From: Chiloscyllium plagiosum | Lineage: Eukaryota | Direction of reading: 5' to 3' | Length of the DNA stretch: 64,000 nucleotides | NCBI RefSeq assembly: GCF_004010195.1 | Contig: NW_025215113.1 | Span: forward strand, 1 to 64,000 | Shown here: positions 38,176 through 51,339 of the stretch, piece by piece | Layout: every line of letters starts with the position of its first letter | Numbering within the stretch: position 1 is the first letter of the stretch | Notes under the pieces: generated by a model | What the model saw: the letters and a program-made list of their open reading frames with translations, nothing else | Told to the model about the DNA's origin: nothing | The model's database searches: none | Position numbers and translations under genes: made by a program

Positions 38176-38741
38176 CTGCCAGAGAAAGTGGTTGAGGCAG
38201 GTACAATAGCAACATTTAAAAAACATTTGGATAGGTACATGGATGGGAAGGGTTTAGAGGGATTTGGACCAAATGCAGGCAATTAGAGTGGGCACCACGG
38301 TCAGCATGGACCGGTTTGGGGCAACGAGCCTGTTTCCATGCTGTTTACTCCATGACTTCATGGGGGAAATCACAACTGAATATCTTCATAGCCACCAGGC
38401 CGTATTTTCTGCAACATCTTGCCCTGCTATCTATATACCTCAGTCTTAATGCTGTTGTTGTGTTATTCTTTAATTTACTCAGAAAAAGACTTCTCTCTGC
38501 CTCAATAGCAGTAGGATATGAGGCAGCGTGGATGGAGTCAGCCAAGCTTCTCTAGTATTCGTCTGATAAATGGGACCCCTTATCATTAAGGCAGCTTTGC
38601 TACTTGAAGTTGGCCCAATTTGAGCTGAAGCATGTCACTTCCTACTCTCCATGGCTCAATGCCTAATTGAACCATCCAACATGAAACTCTTGTAAGTCTT
38701 ATAGCTATATTAGATGTAGAGAAATAATTATAAATTTACTT

Positions 38742-39125
38742 TCTTTTATTCACTTTTGGAATGTGGATGCCGCCGGCTGGCCAGCATTTATTGCCAGGCC
38801 CTAATTGCCCTTCAGAAGGTGATAGTGAGCTGCTTTCTTGTACCCCTCCAGTCCACCTGCTGTGGATAGACCCACAATGCTGTCAGGGAGGGAATTTCAG
38901 AATGTTGACCCAGTGACTGAAAGAACAGCGATATATTTCAAAGTCAGGATGGTGAGTGGCTTGGAGAGAAACTTGCAGGTGGTTCCTATATATTTGCTGC
39001 CCTTGTCCTTTGAGATGGAAGTGGTTGTGAGTTTTGAAGGTGCAGTTTGAGGATTTTTGAAGGATTTCTGCAGTGCATCTTGTAGATAGTACACGCTGCT
39101 GCGACTGACTGTTAATGGTGTAGGT
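38742..39125 (-). mobile_element. CR1/L2-group LINE 3' end
   Basis: Reverse complement is colinear with 24800-25155 and 25-356. Confidence 0.85.
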
Positions 39126-39663
39126 GGTTATGTCATAGAATCTGACCAAGAGTGCTGTGATACCTCCCTCATTTATGTGAATCAAACTATGTATTGTCAT
39201 AGGTTTCATACACTATTCTGGGCCATGACAGTCAAACCTCAGAAGTATTTATGTTTGCGCAGTAAATATTTATTTCTGCCATGGCTTGTGGATATGTAGG
39301 TCAGAGTTCCTCGACGGCATCATGCAAGACTGAAGAGAAGAATCTTCTACATTGGGACTTTCACAAGGTATTTGCTTGTGCTTTTCAAGTTTGATTACGG
39401 TTGAAGTCACAGTGTTAAAACACATGGGTCCAAAAGGATTCACACATCCTTGAGCAGTATTGAACAATGTTGTTGAAGGCAAGTGGACGAAGAGCAATTT
39501 GTTTTCTTTGATATGCTGGACTTCCCAATAGATTGCAACATTGCAGTGAGTGATGGAGGAGTGATATGTGATAGCATTGGCAACAAGATATTAGGATTGA
39601 ATTGAGGGCTCCATTGGATGTCAAAGGTGGAGTGCAGCTACACCTGCTCCACACTGATGTATA

Positions 39664-39881
39664 GTAAAATCACTGTAGCTCCAGCAAAGCATAGGGCTGC
39701 TCCCTCATTAGAGAGAGATGACTGGTGGTGGTTTAACCTGAGGGTCACCACACCTTGTGTGAGGGGAGAGGTTGACAAGGAGAATCCTTCATGGTAACAT
39801 CAGCCATTGCTGGAATCAAACTCATGTGGGCTTCACTCTACATCACAAACCAGCCATCCAACAAACTGAGCTAACCAATCC
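39664..39881 (-). mobile_element. SINE family C
   Basis: ggtggtttaacctgagggtcacca...cttcatggtaac...actgagctaacc. Confidence 0.8.
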
Positions 39882-42800
39882 CTGTATGCACAGTATTTGA
39901 CCATTGAGTATACAAGGGCCATTGCTGATTTTGAAAGCATTGATTGTTGTTCCATCTAAAATCTTGTTGCTTTCCCTTGACAGTTTTTCAGTGAATAATG
40001 CCTTTCAACTTTTTTATGCAGTGGGAATAAGACTTGTGCAGTGCCTTACATGTTGCTATGCTGTCAGGTGCACCTGCAGCTCAGCAGGAACGCTGTAACT
40101 GATGCTGATACTCCCCAGCTTCTACACACAGGTTTCTGGCCCAGTTTGGCCTTTGTCTCCATGTACAACTGTATAATTATAACATTATATATTTTAAAAG
40201 GAAGGCAATCTGACCTTTCGAGATCCCGACTCACTAGATGCCTTTCAGAAATCATGTGACGGTCCTTGTTAATTCACTATCAGTCACAAAACAGACAGAC
40301 TGGCATATTATTTCAGTGTCAATCACAAATGGAGTTATTTATAATTCAACTAACCCTTGGACAACACAATATATCCTTAAAGGTGTGAGAATTCAAATCT
40401 CTAAGATAAACAGGAGCGTGGAAGATCAACCACCCCCTCCCCACATAGGAAATTCCTTTGCTTCGTAGGAAATGATTCATCAAAATTTAACATAGAAGCC
40501 ATCTTGAGTTTGATCTGTATAAGACTCTGAGCATTTTAAATAGAACATCAAGAACAACTCAAACAGAATATTATCAGAGAGAGGGTTCTCAAAAGGGAGA
40601 GGAAATGACAAACAATCTGCCGACTGCTATACTAAGCCAGGTTACCATCTGAAATGCCATAGAAACAAATCTAAAGTATTATTTATTCCTTTCCTGAATC
40701 TCAGTCCATCTGAGGGACAAATGTCCAACTACTTAACTACAGAAACAATTGCAGTTACTGAACTTGATGTTAAATTTCAACCCCTTCCCCTACAAAAGAA
40801 AATTTCAAGTAACAGTCCTACAATCAAAATGGACCGACCTTATTCTCATCTTTATGTTTGTTATCCCTACCGAATTTAATTTTTTGGTCTGTGTTTTATC
40901 CACTAAGTGTATAATAGTTTTACTTAATAACTTACAGCAATAGTGTAATAAACTAGCTGATCTTGTATATAATCCTGTTTATGTCGTTGACTATTTTTAT
41001 GTTGAACAAACATAAAACTGAAAGGGGGCTAAATAACAAATTCACAGTTCATGGGCCTTACAGCAGACAAATCTGGTGTAGCAGTGACTCTCCAGCTTGG
41101 TTTTAACTGAACAAAATGGGTCACTTCCAGTCTATGGATAATTTCTGTATGACCAAACAACTATTTAAATTCAATACAAAATAAATTTGGATACAAAGAA
41201 GGTCCCAAAATTATCTTACTGCTCTATTAGTAATTCCTCACATGGAGAACAATGAGACGATTACCAGTTGGCATCAGCTTGAGAAAGAGAAATCGTCATC
41301 AGCTGGGGTTTCTGTGCCCCCGTGTCCAGTTAGCTGAGCGAGAAAGTACACATTTTGATTTGGGGTAAAGACAAGATTAGATATGAGTGTCGTTCTTCCA
41401 ATGAAATAATGGGTCAACATTGAACAGGGCATGTTTAATTTTGTTATCTGGCCAGTAACCTAGGGGTGGGCTCTGCAATGGATGGATGATTTTCTCAGTC
41501 AGGTACCATTCAGCTGATGACAAGAAAAATCATCCCCTCAGTATCGAAACTGAGAAACTTCTTGGATGAGATATTGAAGAGCTACCAACACCTATGAAAT
41601 TACCCACTATCATAAATTTCTGCCTTCAAAATAAAATGTGTAGAAACTGAAGGAAAGTGACCTCTTGTTTACAGAAAAACAAAGCAAAATAATGAATGTT
41701 GCCGGTGGCTGAGTGGTCTTCAGACAACTGGCATTGATCTGATTAATTGGTGACAATTTTATACTGTAATTCTCTGCAAGTGCCATTTTTTCTCACAATG
41801 GCAGAGTGTAACACTTGCAGGATCAAGCATATTGATAAGCCAAGAAAACTAGTGCAATGGGTTTTGATTCTTTTGAGGTCCAGGATCTTGATTCTAAATA
41901 TTCCAGAGGGTGTAAATACACTCTATTTGATAGTGCTCAAATGAAGATGTGTATGAAGTATTGAAGAGTGAACAATACCAGCCTGAACTGTTTGTGCACT
42001 GATCTTCTGTTCCTCTGAGTGCTCCTGGCTAGGATTTCATTACTGCAACTAAACAAGCTCACAGAAGCTCCATGAAGACAAGGATTTCTTTGAAATGCTG
42101 TTTAAACAGCTATGTCCCCTCTTCTTTTTTCTTTCAGATTACTGGTGTGATTTGAATCTGTATTTTCATTTGTGTTAATGGGGGAGGGGAGGGAGGAGGT
42201 TATCAGGAGTCAGAGAAAAAAGAGAAGAAGGATGACCGCAAATATCATAATATTTGCTTTTCATTGAGACCAAGTTTAAACAAAAGAGGCTAACTAGACA
42301 GCACAGTGATCCCACTTCAGGGCTAAAAGAACTGCACATAAAAGAATGTAACAAACAGAACAGTTAAACATTAAAGTTTAGTAAATTCACAGTATGAATC
42401 AGTCAGAGGCAGTTTAGAAGCTGTCCAACTCACTTTCCGACCATCTGCACTGAATGTGCTCTGTTAAAATAGAACCATATGGAATACAAGCTAGCAATTA
42501 ACACAGCTTCTGCGCGTTCCACTAATACTGCACAGATTTTTGACTTTTCAGTAAATTCGGCTGCTGAATTCATTCCATACTGTGGTGCCTGCAACCTGGC
42601 AGCTTTCACTCCTCCCAGCCTCAACCCCCACAAACCACCCCCTTCCCCCTCCCCTCTCCCCTCCCCACCACTCACACACCCCGATGCCAGCAAGAGATGA
42701 AATGCTAGGCAAATGTTTCTGCTTCAAATCAAAATAACTTAAATTCATAGATTATCTTTTGTTTTCTCTTAAATGCTTCTTGCCACGATGGAATTCAGTT

Positions 42801-42944
42801 CCTACCTGCAAAATTATGGATATTTTAAATCACGTATCTATGACTCTTACATTATTTATTAAATTATATTTTGTCTAAAAGGAAATCTAAACTGTTAATT
42901 TTTTTCATATCCCTGACTGCTTAAGGTTTTTTTTCTCTTGACAG

Positions 42945-42989
42945 GTTCCCTTCATCACACATTTTTCTCTACAAAGGGAAACGGGACTG
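42945..42989 (+). other. Candidate 45-nt exon, gene unknown
   Basis: Branch-like ctgac, T-rich tract ending ttctcttgacag|GTT, donor CTG|gtgagc; open in all three frames. Confidence 0.4.
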
Positions 42990-44519
42990 GTGAGCTACAG
43001 GGCGATGCTGGATTGTAGGAGTAATCTGAACTACAAGAATGATCTGGGCTGCAGATTTTGACTGGTTGAATTGGGCTTCAGTGAAATTAGAATGGGAACT
43101 CTGTTGGTGATTTGGTTTTCCTACTATCTCTGCATCTTTTGATGGTGGCTAAACTAGAAGCACAGCTCAAGACTGATCGAGGAAAATGAAATCCGAATGA
43201 CAAATCAGGCATCAAGACTTCAACTGAACTGAGGTGGACTTGTACAGGCCAACATTGTGTGCCTCATTTTTTTATATATGTTTTAAAAGAAAAATGTTTA
43301 AGCTCTTCTACATAGCTAAATTTATTGTTTTAAACCATCCCCTCCTTGATGGTCTATAGGAATATAGTTAGTACTAACTTCTATCAGTGAATTTAATCTA
43401 ATGAAAATACCTAAGAATCTCAACCTACCCTATTAAGCACTTATTTTAAGCTTAAAACCAATTACTACATTTTGAGGAAGCCCAATATTATTGGCCGTTA
43501 ATTCTCAAACTTGTGGTGTACTCTGAACTTACATCTCTCACCAGCCTGCCCCCCGAAGCTCTGCTGGAAAACCTCTGTCTCTGCAAACTCCAGTTTGAGA
43601 ATAAACATTATAGACCCTGTACGTATGAACCGAGCTATGTTCTTGGGACTCTAATGTGCACAGTTGTGTACAACATTGAATGAATATGATATCTTGTCTA
43701 CTCATCAGCATCTGCACATGAAACCATCATAAATTTAACTCTCCTTCTAGAGTACTCCAACCTTCCTCTTGCACAACTATGATCATTCTTGGCAAAGTTT
43801 CTGAATTATCTTATTTTTTTTTAAAGTCTATTGTCATTCATAACAAAAAGTTTGGTTTTTTTTGAAGAAAACAGCTATTTTGAGTTCACCCAATCAAGGT
43901 TTAAAATTACTCAAATGAAGCTGTTAATCTTTGACGAGGCAGATCAGTATACTCTTATCTGTCACCAAGCTAATAGCAATAAATAATAGTTCTGACTGTG
44001 CAGTAATAATGAATTGACTCATTATTAGCATTGAAACATTTTGATTGGACCCTTGGCTTGGAGGTATCATCCTGGTGTCCTTCAAGCAAATGAAACTTAA
44101 ACATTCTTTACAACATTTTATCAATGGATTTATTTACAGTTTTGTGTTCTAATGAACCCTAATTTTCCCCTTCCTTCGATCTGGTATATTTAAAATGCAA
44201 ATAATTTACAAATATATGAAGAAAAGGAACAGGAAATGTACTTATCAAACCTCGATCACAGTACACCAACTGATTTTGTTATTAACAGTTTTCTAATTTT
44301 AAACATTACAACATGTATCTTTCTTAGTCATCTCTCTGGGAGGGAGACAGCAACCTTCTCATGGTCTTCCTGTTAAAGTACATTTCCCAGTCTGAAAATG
44401 TGAAAACTAATGATGTCAATAAGGCAACTGAGCCCCGGTCATAGGGCGTCCAAGCAGTAAAAAATCCAAGAAAGAGGACAGTAATAAGAACATTACCCAT
44501 TAAATGTTGAAAAGGCATA

Positions 44520-47430
44520 ATCTGGACAAACATAAACCATTCACTAAAGAACCGTCTGACATAGTTAACCTACAACAAACTCACCTCATGAACAATGCCA
44601 GCCACTAAGATTAAATTCCCAGGTACCAAAATGTTACAAGCAGGGGTAACAAGAGAAATGGCCTAGTCAACTATATCAAGGAAAGCCTCACCAAAGACAC
44701 AGAAGACTTAAAATCAGATAACACCTACTTCAATTTAATTAAGATTGTTCATCACAAACATCTAGAGCCAGCAAGTGACCTGATACCCCCTGATACCCAA
44801 TACAGTAATACAGCCTGCAGTATATCCAAACATCAAACTAGCAATTTCAATAGTCAGCATCATATGAAGGGTACCTCAGCAACTCAAATGTTGGAACAAA
44901 AAAAAATGAGTTCAGGCATCTGTGCTTGGCCCAAAACATGTGCAGAATGTAAAGCAGCCCAACACATTCCATTCCAACATGTGAAATACAACTACTCACC
45001 AGACCTTTGCTTCATGACACATGATAACAATAGCTAAGGGAAAAGCGCTACTCATTTTCCCCCATGTCCAACTTTACCTAGTCCCCATTTGCATTAGTCT
45101 TGAACACTGTCCTTAAACTAAAAGCTGAAAACAGGCTGGAATCTGTAGAAGAGCAATTGTTTCACCACAGTATATAATTACAAACCACCGCTAACTGAAT
45201 CCTACCCTTCTCTAAAAACTACATTAGCATTATTTTAATTCTCAAACTGGTCGCCACCAAATTTGCTCTGCAGGGCTCCGAAAACTTTCATCTGTGCTGG
45301 GCCTGAGAAGTGAATGATTCATGGAAGAACCCAGAGAAACTGAAAATCCCGATGTGGTAGCACAGAACTTGAATCTCTTAACAAAGAAGACATCATAAAA
45401 TGGTGGGGAACAATGGAGAAAATTGATGTCACTCAAGTTGAAAGATGTAGAAACTCAGAATACAACCTGGGAGCAGCTAAGTAATAACCACACCGGCAGA
45501 CCAGAATCAACACTGTTGTCATTGGTTCCTAGCACCTAAAACACTCAAACAAACTGGCCAGCAGGGAAGATAAATGGATGGTTGAAAACAACCCTGATGT
45601 ATTATCTCAAAGCTTTTCCAGAGCAAACATCTCAAAACCTTATACACAAGAGCAAGTTCATAGCATCCTAACAGTACCCAAACCAAACAAAGCAGCAGGG
45701 GTCAATGAGATTTACCCTAAATTCCTGAAAAAGAATGGATCTAAGGAAAAGAAGTGACTAGAAAAGCTGTTTAGAAACATCCACAGCACAATCATCATTC
45801 CAAACATATGTCACCAATCCAATACTGTGGCAAATGCCAAGATAGGGAAACTACTCAGTAACCCACGCAGTTCCCACTCCATCAGTATGCTTTCAATTAA
45901 ACGTAACATTCGGAACACCTCTTGCTAAAGAGATTATTTCCCACTCTGGAATCAGTGATTCTCCTCTCACATTTTTCATTTAACATCGTTAGTGTCACAA
46001 AAGGCCTGAAGACAGGAACCACCTTCACTTATCATGTGCGTAGGACACACTGTGATGCACAGACATGCTGCTGAATCTCTCTAATCTCATGTGCAACATG
46101 AAAATAATGCAACTAATCAATTCCACATTGATTTGTGACAGTTCCAAGAATACCCCTTGTAGATCAAATCAGCCAACAATAGAATCCTAGAAGTATCAGT
46201 CCTCACACCAGCTTCCTTCAAAACATTTACTAAAGACCTCTCCCTCACAAAGCCACTGCTGTTATGTTTGGCTGGAGCTCGAACTTCAGGATATTGAGTG
46301 GACACTCACTGCAGATCTACATTCTCTGAAAGCCTACTGCAGAAAATTAAAAGAAAACTCCAAATTAAAAAATGGATATCAGTTAGCTCAGTTGGTTAGA
46401 CAGCTGGTTTGCAATGCAGAGTGACACAACCAGCACAGGTTCAATCCCAGCACTGACCAAGGTTACCATGAAGGTCCAACCTTCTCAATTTCCCCCCTCG
46501 CCTAATGCATGGTGACCCTCAGGTTAAATTCACTACATGTCCTCTCTTTCAAAGAGAATGGGACTATGATGTCTTTACCTTTTACTTGAGAAAATGGAAA
46601 CACCAACTAAACACTACCAAGATTAAATTCCACCTGAAAAACCTAAAGCCCAGGGAAGATCACAATGTCCCGACCTGTGACTGAACACTTAATCATGACC
46701 CAATGCTAAATTATCTTGGAATCTCTCTTGACTGCACTTTGATCTGCCAGAAACACTGCCAGAACACAAGAGTCAAGATTAATATGAGAGGGAATCTTAT
46801 ATAGAAACTAATGGATACTATTAGCAAACGCAGAGCAAATGTATAATGCAGGGCTTCACTTGTCCAGGTCATCTTTACAGTGGAGCACTGCTACTCAACT
46901 TGGCTCAGAAGCCATCATACAAGCCTTCAGGAAGCCACTTGGATTTTGCCTTCCTGTATTAGCGTTGAGACTTCTAATCATCTGTAGCAAAAAGATCCTC
47001 TTCAGGAATACCACTAGCTGGCAGTTTACAAAGCACATCAATTGATAAGGAATCTCAAAAATAAAATCCACGCACTCATCTTAAATTCCACAGTTCCTCC
47101 TGAAACATTCTCCACACCCTACAAACTGACAACAGACCCACCTCTAGGTAATGCACCTCCTGGCTGAACGCAGAAATCACCAGCTGCAAACTGATCTGAG
47201 TGTTGAAGACCCAGATCTCAGCCTTCCACAGAGAATCTCAACAACTCACAGCTATTTGAGGATGAGCCTGGGATGAACAGCCACTTGTTCCACAAATAAA
47301 AGATGAGGAACAACATAAATTTAAATGTGAACATTGAAGTCAGACCTTTGGCCACATGCCGAAATTCAGAACCATTCATGCTGTCAATGAATTGAGTTGA
47401 ATGGATTGTTCATCTTGATGTGCAACTATA
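44520..47430 (+). mobile_element. Near-full-length decayed Vingi/Ingi-like (I-group) LINE
   Basis: Endonuclease DIVNLQQTHL...GLVNYIK; RT KPNKAAGVNEIYPKFLK...NPRSSHSISMLS; YLGISLDCTL...KINMRGNLI. Confidence 0.72.
46374..46587 (+). mobile_element. SINE family C nested in the Vingi-like LINE
   Basis: gttagctcagttggttaga A-box, ggttcaatccc B-box and ctttaccttt tail. Confidence 0.85.
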
Positions 47431-47619
47431 ACTGCTTCCTCAACCACACAAATATAAAATGTAATCTCCCTTTTGAGCTATTGCTGGCTACAATTAAGAT
47501 AAAAATTGTCACTTGCTTTATTTGGGAAGGGGTGGACAGTGATCTAGGTAGGCACCATTATCTATTTTTTCTGTTCAGAATTTTAAAAATATCAAAATAA
47601 TATAAATTATAAATTATTG

Positions 47620-47820
47620 ACAATGCAGTGAAATATTGGTGGGTCCCATATTTCATGTTCGTTTATTTCAATGCTGTTTATGAAATCTTACTCTGAAACG
47701 GACTCTTGCATTCACACAGAAAAGAATAGTGAGACTGCTTTTAAAAGTAAATCACAGTAATTGACATATTTTGAGAAGCTCTATGAGCTATAGTAAGGTG
47801 CTAAATAAATGCATGTGTTT
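47620..47820 (+). mobile_element. Deu-type SINE 3' remnant
   Basis: attgc-like tgctgtttatgaaatcttact segment and aaggtgctaaataaatgca tail. Confidence 0.45.
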
Positions 47821-48599
47821 TTATTATTGTCAAATCCCAGTTCTCCCACCTGTAGTTTCTCTGTAAAGTGTCATGGTACAATTTGATAAGAATTGTACCA
47901 ATTCTAAAATAAATATTACAGCTCATGTCAAAGTCCATCTTACATCAGATTTGATTAAAACAAGTTGAACTTTCCATCAAGGCTTTCCATCAAGGGACAG
48001 TGACAGGTGTTGACGGAGGTTTGAGAAGTCAATCAATTCAATTGACATTTTGAGTTCTGTTCACATTCGTTTATTGCAGAGATAAAACTACTCAAGGAGA
48101 GTGAGGTGCAACCAGTAGAGTGAATTAAATGGTCAAATCTGGTCTTGCTCTGTGATCTCACAAAACAGAGTTCAGTGGAAATAAATATGCTTAAATGGAT
48201 AATCTTGGAATTATATTACTCAAGTTTGTTTCATCTACTTTCCTCACAGCTGGCTGATAAGCAGGATGATATGAGCTGAGAAGTCCATATCTCTATTTGG
48301 TGATCCGATATCACTCTGAGTTGGCTGATTTTGTTTAGGCTGGTGATCGTCCTAATGCAATTGGTGTCATTTGTAGCTTAGATAAGGAAAAGTCAGTTAA
48401 AGTGCTACTCCTGATTGTTATTTCAAAGCCACAAGTTAGGTACAAATGAGAAGAGCTAGGCTGATGCATGTAGAATAATCATGTTATCTGAACTATTGCT
48501 TAAAAGTTCCTGATTTTTTTTTTATCACCAAGACAGCACCCTCAGAAGTCCATTCTCTATGTTAATCATAAGCTTTTGAAGGAGCTCCAAACTTCTAAG

Positions 48600-49420
48600 G
48601 CCCTGTATAATTTCAAATGGGCATCCTTTATCCCAATGTCACAATTTAGTTTGAAGTAAAACACTGTCGTACTTTTGGATATCATTCCAAAGTAATTTTT
48701 TCTTTTTTTCATTTGTCAGCTAGATCCTTTTGAGGCTGAGTAGGTTTGTTTTTCTAGTCTTTCCTCATAATATAGCACTGCTACATTAGGAATCAATCTT
48801 GTCACTCTTTTCTGAATCATCTCCCTTTTAATCTAGTGACTAGTACACAACACTCGGGGTTGGTTAGTTCAGTTGGTTAGATGGCTACTTTGGAAGGCAG
48901 AGTGATGCTAACAGTGAACATTCAACTCTTGCACCATAATGGACTCTCCTTCCTGCCATTCACCTTACCTGAGGCTCTGGTAACTCTGAATATAAACCAC
49001 TAACAGTGACTCTTATCAGACAGCAGCCGTATGATCTGGTAAGAATTCAGTAACTTTACTTTTCCTCAACAAATACTGAAGGTGTGGTCACATCAAAACA
49101 CTATGATCATGGCCTCCTGCCTTTTGTAGGTCATTGTCGTGATTGGAATTCTAGTTGCTTTTCTGATTTCTCTGCAATATTTAGGCATTTTTAATGTCAT
49201 GCCTATTCATGCTTGAATCTCTCTTAACCTTTGTATTAGTAATTTTGACATAGTGTGTAGAGTACTTTTTCTTGCTAAACTGTAGTTCATTATATTTAAA
49301 CATCTTCCAAATTTGACCTGTTTTAATTTATTTTGTACTTTATCTAGTTCACTTCATTTTTCTGCCTTTCAAGAACTAGCAGTCACTTCTAGTTTGAAAT
49401 CGCCTATAAATGGAGCCCAT
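48600..49420 (-). mobile_element. Ancient CR1 remnant
   Basis: Minus translation EMIQKRVTRLIPNVAVLYYEERLEK at about 48750-48825. Confidence 0.6.
48857..49063 (+). mobile_element. SINE family C
   Basis: ggttagttcagttggttagatggct...gcagagtgatgctaacagtg...actttacttt. Confidence 0.75.
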
Positions 49421-51339
49421 CTGCTTTGAGTTTCACAATCCAAGTCCTTGAAATCAGGTGATAGCTCAACATTGAACCCCAGGATCCTGACACCTCCTTC
49501 CATGTCACCACTCAGCCCCACCCTCCACCTACATAATTACTTCAATCATTATGTGCTGTTCCCACCCTTCAATCAATATCTTATACATTTTCAACTTCTG
49601 CCTGAATGCCCCATTTTGTCAGCTGTTGTTTGGAATTCAAGGTAGACCTTATAAGGTGTTCATGGCCAATTTAGTTGGAATTTTCTTGAGCAAGCCAGAG
49701 GAACCAGCAACTCTTATTGGAAGTGATGCACATTTGGTGTGAATTGGGCCAAGATATAATTATCCCTTCAAACTACTGCCAGTGCAAATAGCCTCAAGTG
49801 TGGAACAGGAAGTTTGCAAGTGCCTGTGAAGATTTCCCCAACAAACGAGTCAATACCTTCAGGAGAATAGGGCAGAGGAACATCTTTTAAAAAATGTTTG
49901 CTCCTCATCAACTGCAGCAGTATTGCAGCCAGAGCAGAGTTCAAGTGATGCCAGGTTATCTCCTCAAGGCAACCTCACATTATATGCAGCAACTAATCTC
50001 GATGACTTTAATCCAGAGTCATACTGCATGTAATTGACCTAGCAAATAATGCTCCCCGTTGAAAACTGTGTTGCAGGCTGTTTGTGAGCAAAGTGTATGT
50101 ATAGCAATATTAAACCCAGTCATTTACTGTGCACCAGGAAACATTTGCTTCAACATGACTTCAGTGCAGGAGAATCCAAAGACTTCAAATTTATTCAATA
50201 ATAAATTTCATGACTTTTCTATTTAGTGCAGTCCTCTACGCACAGGATAACACAGCAGAAGTGGGGCAGATGTCTCAGCAGCATGGTATCAATGGTTGAC
50301 TAATGTATTGAGTGCCCTCTGCCACAACTCCTATTATCATCCAAACAACAACAGGTGCAGGCATTGGCTGCCCTCCGAGCATTCAAATTCAGACACAGCC
50401 ATTTGCTTTTATGAGACTTTGTCCCATTAATAAAGCGTTTGGACATTTCTCACAGCTTTGATGTGAAATAAACATTTTTTGGTGGAATTTTAGTTAAACT
50501 GTTGGAATTAAGATTAAAATTAAGTGTTTATCATTAAAATATGTTGAGATCTAAGTATACAAACTGATTGCTATTATTATTTTAGATTACAAATTTTGCA
50601 CACTGAAATACATTGTAATTAGTAGTTACAGCATGTAGGGCAAAGTGATGAAGCAACGCTGAAAATTGAAGTAATAATTATTTGTAAAACTACGACAAGA
50701 TAAAGAGTGAAATACAGTAAACATGCTTCAATTTTAAGTTAGTCAATTCAAGTACAGCAGAGTGGTTAATATTGCCGCCCTTGACATTTCATCTTATACG
50801 TCGGTATACATGTTGGTCACTGCACTCACCTCTTCTGAGTTCATTCAGATATAGCAGGGCACTTACTAATCTCAAGCCTTCCTCTCTCCATCCACACACA
50901 CTTTGGCAATGAAGTCAATGATCGCTGGTCTCAATCCCTCCCCCGCCATGAAGCTCATTAAGAAACAAACTGTTCTAAGTTGTAATGGAACTGATAACTG
51001 CATCCAAATGAAACTTTTCCCCACAAGTCTGGTATATGCCAGCTGGCCAAGTCCCATTGACGTGACATTGTGAAAGTGTTTGTTTCCTCCTCCACATTCC
51101 CTGCTGCAAACAAATACTTCACTGATTCAATTGCCAGCAAAAATAGCAAAACTTTCAAGGAATGAGATGAGATCAAATGGCACTTTTTCTTTCTGATCTC
51201 AATATACTATTGAACCAGCAGTTAACAGGTTAACTGATTGTAACTGAGTAGTGAGTCTATCTAATGAACTCTGACATCTGTATATTCAACTTTCAAACAC
51301 CAACTGAGAATTTCCCATTAAGAGATGATCTGCCATTTT

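Larger units (their letters stand above)
37590..38357 (+). mobile_element. CR1 3' fragment split by a Penelope-derived insertion
   Basis: MLPLYKSLVRLHL...SYRERLARIGL...GALNEAYIIMRGIDRM, then 3' UTR. Confidence 0.9.

Noticed and set aside
42615..42680. Proline-rich ORF or G-quadruplex tract
   Set aside because: Low-complexity C-rich run, which fully explains the proline content.
46374..46460. tRNA gene
   Set aside because: A/B boxes are present, but the sequence continues into a multi-copy SINE body and lacks a convincing cloverleaf.
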